54,055 bases of DNA from Deltaproteobacteria bacterium (lineage in GTDB: Bacteria; Myxococcota_A; UBA9042; CAIXZC01): the NCBI GenBank assembly GCA_016875215.1, contig VGRX01000005.1:1-54055 (forward strand), read 5' to 3'. Made by a program: the position numbers and the translations under genes. Shown here piece after piece: positions 17,584 through 27,228 of this stretch. The notes below the pieces were generated by a model. The model had not been told where the DNA came from, ran no database searches, and worked only from the letters and a program-made list of their open reading frames with translations. Position 1 is the stretch's first letter. Each line of letters begins with the position of its first letter.

Positions 17584-19554
17584 ATGACCGACGCAACGAA
17601 ATTCGAGTTCCGCACCGAGGCCCGCCAGCTCCTGGACCTCATGGTCCACTCCGTCTATTCCAACAAGGACATCTTCCTGAGGGAGCTCATCTCCAACGCA
17701 TCCGATGCGCTGGACAAGCTCCGTTTCGCGGCCCTGTCCGATCCGTCGCTGAAGGAAGCGGCCGGCGAGCCCGAGATCCGCATCCACCGGGATGCCACCA
17801 ACCGTACGCTGACCGTGGAAGACAACGGCATCGGAATGTCCGAGCAGGAGCTGCACGACTTCATCGGCGTCATAGCCCGGTCCGGCACACGGGAGTTCGT
17901 CCGCATCGCGCAGGAGAAGGGGTCGGCCAATCTCCCCCCCGAGCTCATCGGGCAGTTCGGCGTCGGGTTCTACTCCTCGTTCATGGTTGCGTCCGAAGTG
18001 TCGCTCGTCACCCGCAAGGCCGGCCAGGACAAGGCGTTACGGTGGCACTCCGCAGGGGACGGAAGCTACACCGTCGAGCCTGCGGACCGCCCCCGCCCCG
18101 GCACTTCGGTGACCCTGACGCTGAAGCCCGCGGACGACGAGGGCGGCCTCAAGGACTATGCCCAGGAGTGGACTCTGCGTGGGATCGTGAAGAAGTACTC
18201 CGACTTCGTAGCGTACCCCATCGTCATGAAGGTCACCCGCTCCGAGCCCGAGCTCGACAAGGACGGCAACCCGAAGAAGGATGCCCCCTACCGCTCCGTG
18301 GAGAAGGACGAGACCCTCAATTCGATGAAGGCCATCTGGACCCGGCCGGAGAAAGAGGTCACCGACGAGGAGTACCGCGAGTTCTACCGCCACATCACCC
18401 GGGACTGGGAGGAACCCCTCGCACGTGTCGTCTCCCGGGCCGAGGGGAGTCACGAGTTCAAGACCCTGCTCTTCGTCCCCGCCCATGCCCCGTTCGACAT
18501 GTTCTGGCCCGAGGCCGAGCACGGAATCCACCTGTACATCCGCCGCGTCTTCATCATGAACGACTGCAAGGAGCTGCTTCCCCGCTGGCTCCGCTTCGTC
18601 AAGGGCGTGGTCGATTCCGAGGACCTCCCCCTCAACATCTCCCGGGAGATCCTCCAGCAGGACCGCAACACCGCGATCATCCGCAAGCACGTGGTCAAGA
18701 AGGTCCTGGCCCGCCTCGAAGAGCTCCGGGACAAGGAGAAGGACAAGTTCACGATCTTCTGGAAGGAGTTCGGCAAGGTGCTCAAGGAGGGGGTCTTCCA
18801 GGACCACTCCAATGCGGAGGCCGTTCTCCAGATCGCCTGGTTCGATTCGACGAACAGCGGCACCGAGCCGACCTCGCTCGACGACTACGTCGGCCGCATG
18901 AAGGAAGGGCAGGAGGCCATCTATTACCTGACCGGGCGCAGCCGAACCTCCATCGAGCAGTCGCCGCACCTGGAGGCCTTCAAGGCCAAGGGGATCGAGG
19001 TGCTGCTGCTCTCCGATCCGGTGGACGAGATCTGGGTCCAGTCCGTGCCCGACTACAAGGGCAAGAAGCTCCAGTCGGTGGGCAAGGGCGAGGTCGACCT
19101 GGGCACGGAGGAGGAGAAGAAGCAGCAGGAGGAGAAGCGCAAGGAGGAGCAGTCCTCGCTGGGTGACCTGCTCCAGGCGCTTGCCGGCCACCTGGAGGAG
19201 CAGGTCAAGGAGGTGCGTCTGTCCAGCCGCCTGACGTCGTCCCCGGCCTGCCTGGTCAGCGGGCCCGGCGACCTCACCCCGCAGCTCGAGCAGATGCTGC
19301 GGGCTACGGGGCAGGAGATCCCGCAGGTCAAGCGAACCCTCGAGGTCAACCCTGGCCACCCGCTGATCCAGCGGCTCAATGCCATCTTCGCTGTCAGCAA
19401 GGACGATGCTAGGCTCCCTCGCTATGCAAGGCTCCTGTATGGCCAGGCCATCCTTGCCGAAGGGGGAATCCCCCCCGAACCGGCCGAGTTCAGCCGACTC
19501 CTGGCCGAGGTCTTCGTCGAGGCCACCGCGTTTGCACCGGAAGGGAACGCATAG
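17584..19554 (+). CDS. htpG: Hsp90 chaperone HtpG
   Basis: FLRELISNASDALDK, DNGIGM, IGQFGVGFYS, DLPLNISRE; AAGGAG RBS. Confidence 0.97.
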   Translation: MTDATKFEFRTEARQLLDLMVHSVYSNKDIFLRELISNASDALDKLRFAALSDPSLKEAAGEPEIRIHRDATNRTLTVEDNGIGMSEQELHDFIGVIARSGTREFVRIAQEKGSANLPPELIGQFGVGFYSSFMVASEVSLVTRKAGQDKALRWHSAGDGSYTVEPADRPRPGTSVTLTLKPADDEGGLKDYAQEWTLRGIVKKYSDFVAYPIVMKVTRSEPELDKDGNPKKDAPYRSVEKDETLNSMKAIWTRPEKEVTDEEYREFYRHITRDWEEPLARVVSRAEGSHEFKTLLFVPAHAPFDMFWPEAEHGIHLYIRRVFIMNDCKELLPRWLRFVKGVVDSEDLPLNISREILQQDRNTAIIRKHVVKKVLARLEELRDKEKDKFTIFWKEFGKVLKEGVFQDHSNAEAVLQIAWFDSTNSGTEPTSLDDYVGRMKEGQEAIYYLTGRSRTSIEQSPHLEAFKAKGIEVLLLSDPVDEIWVQSVPDYKGKKLQSVGKGEVDLGTEEEKKQQEEKRKEEQSSLGDLLQALAGHLEEQVKEVRLSSRLTSSPACLVSGPGDLTPQLEQMLRATGQEIPQVKRTLEVNPGHPLIQRLNAIFAVSKDDARLPRYARLLYGQAILAEGGIPPEPAEFSRLLAEVFVEATAFAPEGNA

Positions 19555-19633
19555 CGGGGGGCGACGAGCCGGACCGGCGTGGGCCGCAGCCAGAGGGCTG
19601 CCCCGCAGGCAGGCGGCGAGGAGCCCGGCCTGC

Positions 19634-19661
19634 TTGACATCCCGCGCATCGGCCTCACAAT
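19634..19661 (+). promoter_or_regulatory. Possible sigma70 promoter
   Basis: TTGACA-N16-CACAAT upstream of 19689. Confidence 0.4.
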
Positions 19662-19688
19662 GGGGTCGGTACCTCGGGGAGGCCGTCC

Positions 19689-20072
19689 ATGGAGAACGTG
19701 ATCAATGCGCTGACCGGAAGCCCGGTGCTCATCGGTGTCGGAGTGCTGCTCGTCCTGCTGACCGTGCTGACCGTGGCCCTGAAGCTGGTCAAGGTGGCGC
19801 TGTTCCTGGGGCTGGTCCTGGTCGCGTACATCGGCTGGCTGCACTATACCGGCCGGGAGCTCCCCGCCGAGGTCCGCCAGGCCGAGAAGCAGATCATCCG
19901 GACCTCGCAGGAGGCCGGAAAGGCCTTGAAGGAGCACGCGGACGAAGCCGGTCAGTTCGTCACCGACCAGGCCCGCAAGGTGGGGGACAAGCTCGCGCCC
20001 CAGGCACGGCCTGGACCGATCACGCCCCAGGCGACCGCCCCCACGGATCGGCCAAGCCAACCAGGCCCGTGA
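19689..20072 (+). CDS. Small hypothetical membrane protein (two TM helices)
   Basis: GGAGG RBS; two hydrophobic segments then a charged helix; codon usage as in neighbouring genes. Confidence 0.8.
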   Translation: MENVINALTGSPVLIGVGVLLVLLTVLTVALKLVKVALFLGLVLVAYIGWLHYTGRELPAEVRQAEKQIIRTSQEAGKALKEHADEAGQFVTDQARKVGDKLAPQARPGPITPQATAPTDRPSQPGP

Positions 20073-20262
20073 GCTTCGCTCCGATCCCAGGCATGGCCTG
20101 GACCGATCACGCCTCAGGCGACCGCGCCCACGGATCGGCCGAGCCAACCAGGCCCGTGAGCTTCGCTCCGATCCCAGGCACGGCCTGGACCGATCACGCC
20201 TCAGGCGACCGCGCCTACGGATCGGCCAAGCCAACCAGGCCCGTGAGCTTCGCTCCGATCCC
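19999..20262. repeat. Three 87-bp tandem direct repeats with internal inverted arms
   Basis: CCCAGGCA recurs at 19999, 20086, 20173. Each unit has GGCCTGG/CCAGGCC and CCGATC/GATCGG arms. Confidence 0.9.
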
Positions 20263-20342
20263 ACGGTTTTCTGTTTGCAGGCTTGGCCGCTGCATGGGCT
20301 TTCGCTGTGAGAGCCTCCGGCCCACTGCCCACTGCCCACCGC

Positions 20343-20888
20343 TCACTGCTTCTTCACCTTGTTCGTGAGTCCCATGATCAGCCCCAGCACGAGGGACCAG
20401 GCCGCGGCCAGCCCGATCTGGTAGTCGGGCGGCATCATGAACGTGACCGTGTGGGCCGGGATCCAGAACCAGATCAGCGTGGCCCAGGCCTTCTGGATGC
20501 CGGTGAAGTCCCACTTCCGGTCGATGAGGTTGTCCTCGAGGCGGTGGAACGCCATCATCTGCGGTCCGAAGAAGAGGTTCGCGGTCACCGACACGCTGGC
20601 CGCCCATCCGATGCCCTCTCCGAGCTGCTGCGGCAACAGGCCGTGGTCCAGCAGTGCGGCGACGGCCCCCTTGCATCCTGCAAACCCGTACTTGATGAGC
20701 ACGCCGAGCACCGCCCACGCGACCATCTTGAGCAGCGTCGTGAGCACGCCGAACGGCCACTCGATCCGGCGCGTGCGCACCACGTTCGAGATCACCTCGC
20801 CGAGCGTTCCCAGGATGGCGAACTGGATTGCTGCGGACAGCAGCGGATTCCCCTTCACCCATGCGACGTAGACTTCCAGGATCTGCAT
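20343..20888 (-). CDS. Mpv17/PMP22-like membrane protein
   Basis: AGGAGG RBS; PLLSAAIQFAILGTLGEVIS start; FWIPAHTVTF..P..YQI..AA.WS C-terminal pattern. Confidence 0.7.
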   Translation of the reverse strand: MQILEVYVAWVKGNPLLSAAIQFAILGTLGEVISNVVRTRRIEWPFGVLTTLLKMVAWAVLGVLIKYGFAGCKGAVAALLDHGLLPQQLGEGIGWAASVSVTANLFFGPQMMAFHRLEDNLIDRKWDFTGIQKAWATLIWFWIPAHTVTFMMPPDYQIGLAAAWSLVLGLIMGLTNKVKKQ

Positions 20889-20982
20889 CGTAGACCTCCT
20901 CCCGCGCATCATACCCCAAAACCCTTGACTTGCACGCGCGCGCTTGATTTACTACCCCGGCCTGATTGGAATGGAGGGGCTT

Positions 20983-23115
20983 ATGGAGCACGGGGGTTCG
21001 GGGAAGCGGCTGCTGCCGCCAAATGCCTACCGGAAGCTGGAAAACGGAGAGAGCTACCAGCCCATCGTGTCCGCCGGTGCCGGGATGCGGGAGATCACCG
21101 GCTGGTCGGTGACCATGGGCCTTCTCATGGTGGCCATCTTCTCCGCCGCGTGCGTCTACATCGCGCTGCGGGCCGGAAGCGGCATCGAGGCTGCGATTCC
21201 CATCGCGGTGGCGGCCATCTTCTTCGGCCGGATGCGGGCGACGCGCTCCACGATCCTGGAGAACGTCATTGTCCAGTCCATCGGCCAGGCCTCCGGCGTC
21301 GTGGCCGCGGGCTCGGCCTTCGTGATTCCGGCCCTGTACCTCAACGAGATCACCCCCTCCTGGTGGCAGATCTTCCTGTCCTGCTTCTTCGGCGGAGCGC
21401 TGGGCGTCGTGCTCATCATCCCGCTGCGCAAGTACTTCGTTCAACAGCGGCATGGCGAGCTGCCCTTCCCGGAGGCCACTGCTACGACCGAGATCCTCGT
21501 GTCCGGCGAGTCGGCAGGCGGCAGCGCAGGCAAGATCCTGCTGGCATCGTTCGGTCTCGGGGCCGCGTACGACTTCATGGTCGAGGTCGTCCATGCGTGG
21601 AACCCTGCCCTGACCACCCGGACCGTCATGGGCAAGGCCGGTCAGTGGCTCCATGACCTCGGGTTCGAGCTCAAGCTCAATGCCATTGCCGCGCTGTTCG
21701 GCCTCGGTTACATCATCGGCCTGAAGTATGCGTTCATCATCTTTGCGGGCTCGGTGGTGGCGTACCTGGTGTTCGTCCCGTTCGCCAAGTTCGTGCTCAC
21801 CCTGTCGGGGGCGGCCACGGTGGCCTGGAACGGCGAGGTGCTGAAGGTGGCCGAGCTCACTCCGACCGACGTCTTCGGCAACTTCGTCAAGCCCATCGGC
21901 ATCGGCGCCATCGCTGTGGCCGGCGTCATCGGCCTGATCCGGATGAGGAAGATCATCATCGGGTCGGTGGCCATGGGGTTCAAGGGGATCGGACGCAAGG
22001 GGGACGGCAAGGAGCTCAGGACCGACCTGGACATGCGGCCGGGCAACGTGCTGCTCGTCCAGCTTCTCGCCACGCTGGCCATGGGCCTCCTCTTCTTCGT
22101 CGTCTGCATGACCGCCGGGGGCTACACGCCGCAGCAGAGCATGCTCTACTCGATGGTGGGCATGCTGATTGCATTTGCCCTCTGCTTCCTGTTCACGCCG
22201 GTCGCGGCCGAGGCAATCGCCATCGTCGGAACCAACCCGGTGTCGGGCATGACGCTGGTCACCGTGATCGTCTCCTCGCTGGTCATGGCCGGGATGGGGC
22301 TGTTCGGAAGCACGGGCATCTTCGTCACCCTGATTATCGGGTGTGCGGTGTGCACCGCGCTCTCGGTCTCCGGCGCCCTGATCTCGGATTTCAAGATCGG
22401 CTACTGGATCGGAGCCACGCCCAGGAACCAGCAGATCTGGAAGTTCCTGGGCCTGCTGGTCGCGGCCCTGGTCGTGGCCCTGGTCATCCCCATCATGGAT
22501 TCCAGCTACCACTTCCTGGTCGACGGCCGCTCCAACGAGGACGTGCTCCCCGCACCGCAGGCCAACATGATCGCGGCCGTCGTGCGCGGGCTCATGACCG
22601 GTGCCGAGCAGCCGTACCTGCTGTATGCAACGGGCGGCGTGATCTCCATCATCATCACCCTGCTGGGGCTCCCCACGCTGGCATTCGCCCTGGGCATGTA
22701 CCTTCCGATCCAGATCAACGCGGCGGTGCTTGCCGGCGGCCTGGTGGCCTGGTTCATCGCCCGCAGCGGCCGCACCAAGGAGGAGAGCGAGGCCCGCAGC
22801 AACCAGGGCACGCTCATCGCCTCGGGCATGATGGCCGGTGCGGCCATCATCGGCATCGTGGCCGCGGTGATGCGGCTCGACTGGACGTCGTACGCGGTCC
22901 GCTTCCTCAGCATCGGCAAGGAATTCAAGGTGGTGGAGCTGGCAACCGGCACCACGCTGGAAGACAAGGCCGCGGACTGGTACAAGGGGTTTGCGGGGCA
23001 GGGGATCTCCCTTCTCATGTTCCTCGGTCTCGTCCTGGCCACGTACCTCCTGGCCCGATGGGGCGCGAAGATGCAGATGAGGGAAGAAGGCAAGAACAGC
23101 GGGGCGAACGACTGA
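20983..23115 (+). CDS. OPT-family oligopeptide transporter
   Basis: EAAIPIAV, TILENVIVQSIG, FPEATA, NPVSGMT, DFKIGYWIGATP..QQ, APQA, GMYLP; many TM helices. Confidence 0.93.
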   Translation: MEHGGSGKRLLPPNAYRKLENGESYQPIVSAGAGMREITGWSVTMGLLMVAIFSAACVYIALRAGSGIEAAIPIAVAAIFFGRMRATRSTILENVIVQSIGQASGVVAAGSAFVIPALYLNEITPSWWQIFLSCFFGGALGVVLIIPLRKYFVQQRHGELPFPEATATTEILVSGESAGGSAGKILLASFGLGAAYDFMVEVVHAWNPALTTRTVMGKAGQWLHDLGFELKLNAIAALFGLGYIIGLKYAFIIFAGSVVAYLVFVPFAKFVLTLSGAATVAWNGEVLKVAELTPTDVFGNFVKPIGIGAIAVAGVIGLIRMRKIIIGSVAMGFKGIGRKGDGKELRTDLDMRPGNVLLVQLLATLAMGLLFFVVCMTAGGYTPQQSMLYSMVGMLIAFALCFLFTPVAAEAIAIVGTNPVSGMTLVTVIVSSLVMAGMGLFGSTGIFVTLIIGCAVCTALSVSGALISDFKIGYWIGATPRNQQIWKFLGLLVAALVVALVIPIMDSSYHFLVDGRSNEDVLPAPQANMIAAVVRGLMTGAEQPYLLYATGGVISIIITLLGLPTLAFALGMYLPIQINAAVLAGGLVAWFIARSGRTKEESEARSNQGTLIASGMMAGAAIIGIVAAVMRLDWTSYAVRFLSIGKEFKVVELATGTTLEDKAADWYKGFAGQGISLLMFLGLVLATYLLARWGAKMQMREEGKNSGAND

Positions 23116-23157
23116 TGGTCCGACAACCGTCCGTCCGAGTCCCAGGCAGGTAGCACG

Positions 23158-24144
23158 ATGAGAGAACCGATGAAGAACAGTGCCCGCCGCAGCCTCCAGG
23201 CCGTCCTCGGGCTGCGCGAGGGCGAGAGCGTACTGATCGTCACCGACAGGGAAAGCGCCCGCGTCGGCTGGGCGTTCGAGCTCGCTGCGCGGGAGCTGAA
23301 CGCGCTGCCGACCGTCTACCGGCTGCCCGACGAGGGACGTCCGCTGACGGCAGTGCCGGCAGACCTCGCCGGACCGCTCGAGAATGCCACCGTGGTGATC
23401 AACTGCTTCACTTCCGCGGCCGAGGAGACCCCGTTCCGGATCGAGCTCCTCCAGATGGCCACGGCCGGCTCCCGTCGCGTCGGCCATGCCCCGGGAATCA
23501 CCGAGGACATGATGATCTTCGGCCCCATGGACGTGGACTACCGGGAGCTCCAGAAGCGGGCCAACCGCTTCCTGGCATCGCTCAGGAATGCTTCGTACCT
23601 GCGGATCACGGCGCCGGGCGGGACCGACCTGACGCTCTACATCGAGGGGCGTTCGTTCGTAACCGACGTGTTCGTCCGCCCGGGCACCTATGGCAATCTC
23701 CCTTGCGGCGAGGTGTGGTGCGCACCCATCGAGACCCTGGGCGAGGGGACCCTGGTCTGCGACGGAACGGTCGGCGACATGGGCTCCCCGCCAGCTCCGC
23801 TCACCCTGCAGATCGAGCGAGGACGAATCACTCGCGCTCAATGCCCGGACGAAGCCTACCTCGAGCGGGTCCGGAAGCTGCTCGCCGTCGATCCCGAAGC
23901 CAGCGTGCTCGGTGAGTTCGGCATCGGCATCAACCCGAAAACAAGGGTCACGGAGAACATGCTCGAGGCCGAGAAGGCGTTCCGGACCTCGCACGTTGCG
24001 TTCGGCAACAACGAGGACCTGCCCGGCGGCCACAACCACTCCCGCACCAACCGCGAGTTCCTGTTCCGCGACCCGACCATCCACGTGTTCTATACCGACG
24101 GCTCCGCTTCCATGGTCGTCGAGGACGGCCTCATCGGCGTGTAA
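23158..24144 (+). CDS. M29 (AmpS/AmpT-like) aminopeptidase
   Basis: GGTDLTL, GNLPCGEV, GEFGIG.N, EAEKA..T.HVAFGNN; follows the OPT gene. Confidence 0.85.
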   Translation: MREPMKNSARRSLQAVLGLREGESVLIVTDRESARVGWAFELAARELNALPTVYRLPDEGRPLTAVPADLAGPLENATVVINCFTSAAEETPFRIELLQMATAGSRRVGHAPGITEDMMIFGPMDVDYRELQKRANRFLASLRNASYLRITAPGGTDLTLYIEGRSFVTDVFVRPGTYGNLPCGEVWCAPIETLGEGTLVCDGTVGDMGSPPAPLTLQIERGRITRAQCPDEAYLERVRKLLAVDPEASVLGEFGIGINPKTRVTENMLEAEKAFRTSHVAFGNNEDLPGGHNHSRTNREFLFRDPTIHVFYTDGSASMVVEDGLIGV

Positions 24145-24155
24145 GGAAGGAACCC

Positions 24156-24503
24156 ATGCCCGGAATCGCCAGACGTACCAGGACTGCGGGCCATCGCACT
24201 TTGCCGGCGGTCCTGCTCTCTGCTCTCCTCCTTTCCGTGGGGTGCACCGCAGCCATCGGGGACGATTGCTCCTCCGATGCCCAGTGCCCTGCCGGATCCT
24301 ACTGCGACAAGACCATGCCCGATGGATTGTGCACCATTGCGGACTGCCGTCCCGGAAAGTGCCCGGACGAGAGCGTCTGCATCGAGTTCGACAACGGTCA
24401 GTCCTTCTGCATGGCCGCGTGCAACGCCGACGGTGACTGCCGCGACGGTTGGTCGTGCATCAAGGAAATCGGTCTCTGGCCCTTCTGCTCGGTGAGGAAA
24501 TGA
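24156..24503 (+). CDS. Small cysteine-rich lipoprotein
   Basis: Lipobox SVGC; IGDDC...PDGLCT..C...CP..SVC...FCMAAC..DGDCRDGWSC pattern. Confidence 0.8.
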   Translation: MPGIARRTRTAGHRTLPAVLLSALLLSVGCTAAIGDDCSSDAQCPAGSYCDKTMPDGLCTIADCRPGKCPDESVCIEFDNGQSFCMAACNADGDCRDGWSCIKEIGLWPFCSVRK

Positions 24504-24934
24504 CCCGCTGTCTCCTGCTTTCGATCCTGCTTCTTGCGGCCTGCTCCCCCGCCCGGGTACGGGAGCCCGTAGCCCCCATCCTGGTGGAGGGCGAGGAAGA
24601 GAAAGAGCCCGACTGGCGGATCGCCCGGGCCGATTTCGAACAGGTGCTCAAGGCCGGGCTCCAGCCCGTCATGCGCTGGTACTTCGTCGTTCCCAGCTAC
24701 GACGGCGATGCCTTCGTCGGCTACGAGGTGGCCGAGATCATCAAGCCGGAGCTCGAGGCCGGGCCGCTGCGCGTCGGCGACGTGCTGGTGGCGATCAACG
24801 ACATGCCCATCGAGCGCCCGGACCACGTGCTCGCGGTCTGGCGGCAGCTCTGGTCCAGGAAGACCATCTCCCTCGACCTGCTGCGAGGAGGCAAGAGCCG
24901 CCGCTACGTCATCCCCATCCTCTCGGACTCGTGA
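24500..24934 (+). CDS. Lipoprotein with GspC-like PDZ domain
   Basis: Lipobox LAAC; FVGYEV...LRVGDVLVAINDMPI..P..LLRGG; ATGA-coupled to the upstream gene. Confidence 0.75.
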   Translation: MTRCLLLSILLLAACSPARVREPVAPILVEGEEEKEPDWRIARADFEQVLKAGLQPVMRWYFVVPSYDGDAFVGYEVAEIIKPELEAGPLRVGDVLVAINDMPIERPDHVLAVWRQLWSRKTISLDLLRGGKSRRYVIPILSDS

Positions 24935-25950
24935 CGATGGAAGCGCCGCTCGAGATCATCCGGTCCGCCCGGGAGAGGCTTGGAAAGGACCTCGTCATCC
25001 TCACCCATCACTACCAGCGCCCCGAGGTCGTGGCTTTCGGCGACTTCATTGGTGATTCCTTCATGCTCGCCCGAGAAGCCTCCCGCAGCACCGCCCGCAT
25101 CATCGTGTTCTGCGGCGTCCACTTCATGACGGAGGCGGCCTGCATCCTGGCCCGCCCCGACCAGCAGGTCTACATGCCCGACCCGCAAGCCGGGTGCCCC
25201 ATGGCCGACATGGCCGACGCTGATGACGTCTCGGCCGCCCTGCAGCGCATTGCCGAGCTGGTCCCGCACCGCCGTATCGTCCCGGTCGCCTACATCAACT
25301 CCAGCGCCGCGGTCAAAGCCATCGTCGGCCGGGCCGGAGGGCTCTGCTGCACCTCCTCCAATGCGCAGGCCGCAGTGCGCCATGCCCTGACACAGGGGGA
25401 CCTCGTGCTCTTCCTCCCGGACGAGTTCCTCGGGACGAATACCGCTCACCGGCTCGGCCAGGATACCGTGCCGGTCTACAACCCCCATGCAGCGCCCCGG
25501 GCCGACGGGGACCAGCCCACCTCGGGCGGCCTTGCCGCAGGCGACCTCGAGAACGCAAAGGTCGTGGTTTGGAAGGGGTACTGCCACGTCCACACCTGGT
25601 TCTCGCCCGAGATGGTGGCCGCTGCCCGGGAGAAACACCCCGGCTGCTCGATCGTCGTCCACCCCGAGTGCCGTCCCGAGGTCCTCGCCCTGGCCGACGG
25701 CAGCGGCTCGACCGCGTGGCTGGTTGAGCAGGTCCGCGAGGCCTCCCCCGGCGCCACTGTCATCATCGGCACCGAGGTCAACCTCGTGCTCCGCCTGGCC
25801 CACTCCCTCTGCCCCAACATGTATCGGACCACTGTGTCCCGCCTGGCCCGCCTCCTCCAGTCCTTCCCCGAGCAGAACCGCATGTCCGTCGACCCGTCCG
25901 TCACGGCCGATGCCCGCCTTGCCCTGGATCGCATGCTGGCGCTGGCCTGA
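24931..25950 (+). CDS. nadA: Quinolinate synthase
   Basis: ILTHHYQ, GDS, FCGVHFM, AGCPMAD, YINSSA, CTSSNA, GYCHVH, HPEC, GST, SLCPNM. Confidence 0.95.
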   Translation: MTMEAPLEIIRSARERLGKDLVILTHHYQRPEVVAFGDFIGDSFMLAREASRSTARIIVFCGVHFMTEAACILARPDQQVYMPDPQAGCPMADMADADDVSAALQRIAELVPHRRIVPVAYINSSAAVKAIVGRAGGLCCTSSNAQAAVRHALTQGDLVLFLPDEFLGTNTAHRLGQDTVPVYNPHAAPRADGDQPTSGGLAAGDLENAKVVVWKGYCHVHTWFSPEMVAAAREKHPGCSIVVHPECRPEVLALADGSGSTAWLVEQVREASPGATVIIGTEVNLVLRLAHSLCPNMYRTTVSRLARLLQSFPEQNRMSVDPSVTADARLALDRMLALA

Positions 25951-25957
25951 GGCCGAC

Positions 25958-27169
25958 ATGCTGCCCCTCGTCCTCCTGCCGCTGATCCTGTGCATGCAGG
26001 AGCCGATGCCGTTGCTCAACTACCAGGATCTCCAGGATCTGAAGCTTCGCATTGCGGCCCGGGTAGTCGAGGTGGAGGTGACCCTGAAGGTCCCGGACGG
26101 AGCCGATTCCTCCGTCGCCGCCGTGCTGACCGGACAGGCCGTCTGCATGGAGGCCGAGGCGGTTCTTGCGGGAGATCCAGCCCGGGACGGCTCGGCCGGC
26201 AGGGACGAAGGCTCGGCCTGGCTGACGGCCGATGCTGCGGAGCCCTCGGAAGGCGGTCCTGTGGATGGATCGAGCGGCAGGGGCGAAGGCTCGGCCTGGC
26301 TGACGGCCGATGCTGCGGAGCCCTCGGAAGGCGGTCCTGTGGATGGATCGAGCGGCAGGGGCGAAGGCTCGGCCTGGCTGACGGCCGATGCTGCGGAGCC
26401 CTCGGAAGGCGGTTCTGTGGATGGAGCGAGCGGCAGGAACGAAGGCTCGGTCTGGCTGACGGCCGATGCTGAAGACCCCTCGGAAGGCGGTTCTGTGGAT
26501 GGATCGAGCGGCAGGAACGAAGGCTCGGCCTGGCTGACGGCCGATGCTGCGGAGCCCGGCGAGAGCGAACCTGCGGTCGGTGCCGGCAAGGGTTCCGTGA
26601 GGTCCGGAGGAGGCGTCGTGTCCGCTGCCGTTTCCGGTTCGCGGCGTGTCGTGGCTTCCCGGTTCCTGACGGAGAACGCGGTGCGGGTGCGCGTGCGCTG
26701 TACCGCGCACCCCGAGTGGACGGAGGCCTCAGTGGTGGCGCACGAGGGGCCGCTGCCGCTGGTCGAGCTGGTTCCGGCAGGACCGTTCCCCTGCAAGGTG
26801 ACGAGGCCGGCCCCGTCGCGGCTCCAGGCGCCGGGGACCCATGTCTTCTCGGTGGACAATCCGGTGTCGGAGTTCCCCAACGTGTTCCAGGCCGAGGTGG
26901 CTTCGTGGGCCGAGGTGCCGTTGGCGGGTTACCTCCTGACGACGGTGGGTCCCCCGGTGAGCGGGCCCCTCTTCTCGATGGATGCACGGCTGGTTGCCCT
27001 GAATCTGAGGCGCTACACGCCGATGTCCCAGACGCTGCTGGCCGCCACGGCAGCGCAGGTGGGCCGTTTCCTGGCCCCGGTCCGGCGTCCGGCCGAGGGG
27101 GACGTCCGCTCCCCCCGCCGTGTCCCGTACGGCTCCCCCGCCCCGCAGGAAGATATGGAAGTCGAATGA
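25958..27169 (+). CDS. Hypothetical exported protein (possibly a degenerate trypsin-like fold) with a repeat insertion
   Basis: N-terminal hydrophobic signal; C-terminal SGPLFSMDARLVAL resembles the trypsin GGPL..GxLVG region without a clear triad. Confidence 0.6.
   Translation: MLPLVLLPLILCMQEPMPLLNYQDLQDLKLRIAARVVEVEVTLKVPDGADSSVAAVLTGQAVCMEAEAVLAGDPARDGSAGRDEGSAWLTADAAEPSEGGPVDGSSGRGEGSAWLTADAAEPSEGGPVDGSSGRGEGSAWLTADAAEPSEGGSVDGASGRNEGSVWLTADAEDPSEGGSVDGSSGRNEGSAWLTADAAEPGESEPAVGAGKGSVRSGGGVVSAAVSGSRRVVASRFLTENAVRVRVRCTAHPEWTEASVVAHEGPLPLVELVPAGPFPCKVTRPAPSRLQAPGTHVFSVDNPVSEFPNVFQAEVASWAEVPLAGYLLTTVGPPVSGPLFSMDARLVALNLRRYTPMSQTLLAATAAQVGRFLAPVRRPAEGDVRSPRRVPYGSPAPQEDMEVE
26198..26557 (+). 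repeat. ~4.6 in-frame 78-bp (26-aa) tandem repeats EGSAWLTADAAEPSEGGPVDGSSGRx
   Basis: GAAGGCTCGG at 26207, 26285, 26363, 26441, 26519. Confidence 0.92.
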
Positions 27170-27228
27170 CGCTTGCGGCGCTGTCTCGCCGTTCGGTCCG
27201 CTGCCCCTGCGGCCTCGCCCGGTGGGGG

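Noticed and set aside
19999-20262. Possible CRISPR array
   Set aside because: Units repeat end to end with no unique spacers, and no cas genes are present. The 78-, 33- and 18-bp repeats are in-frame coding repeats.
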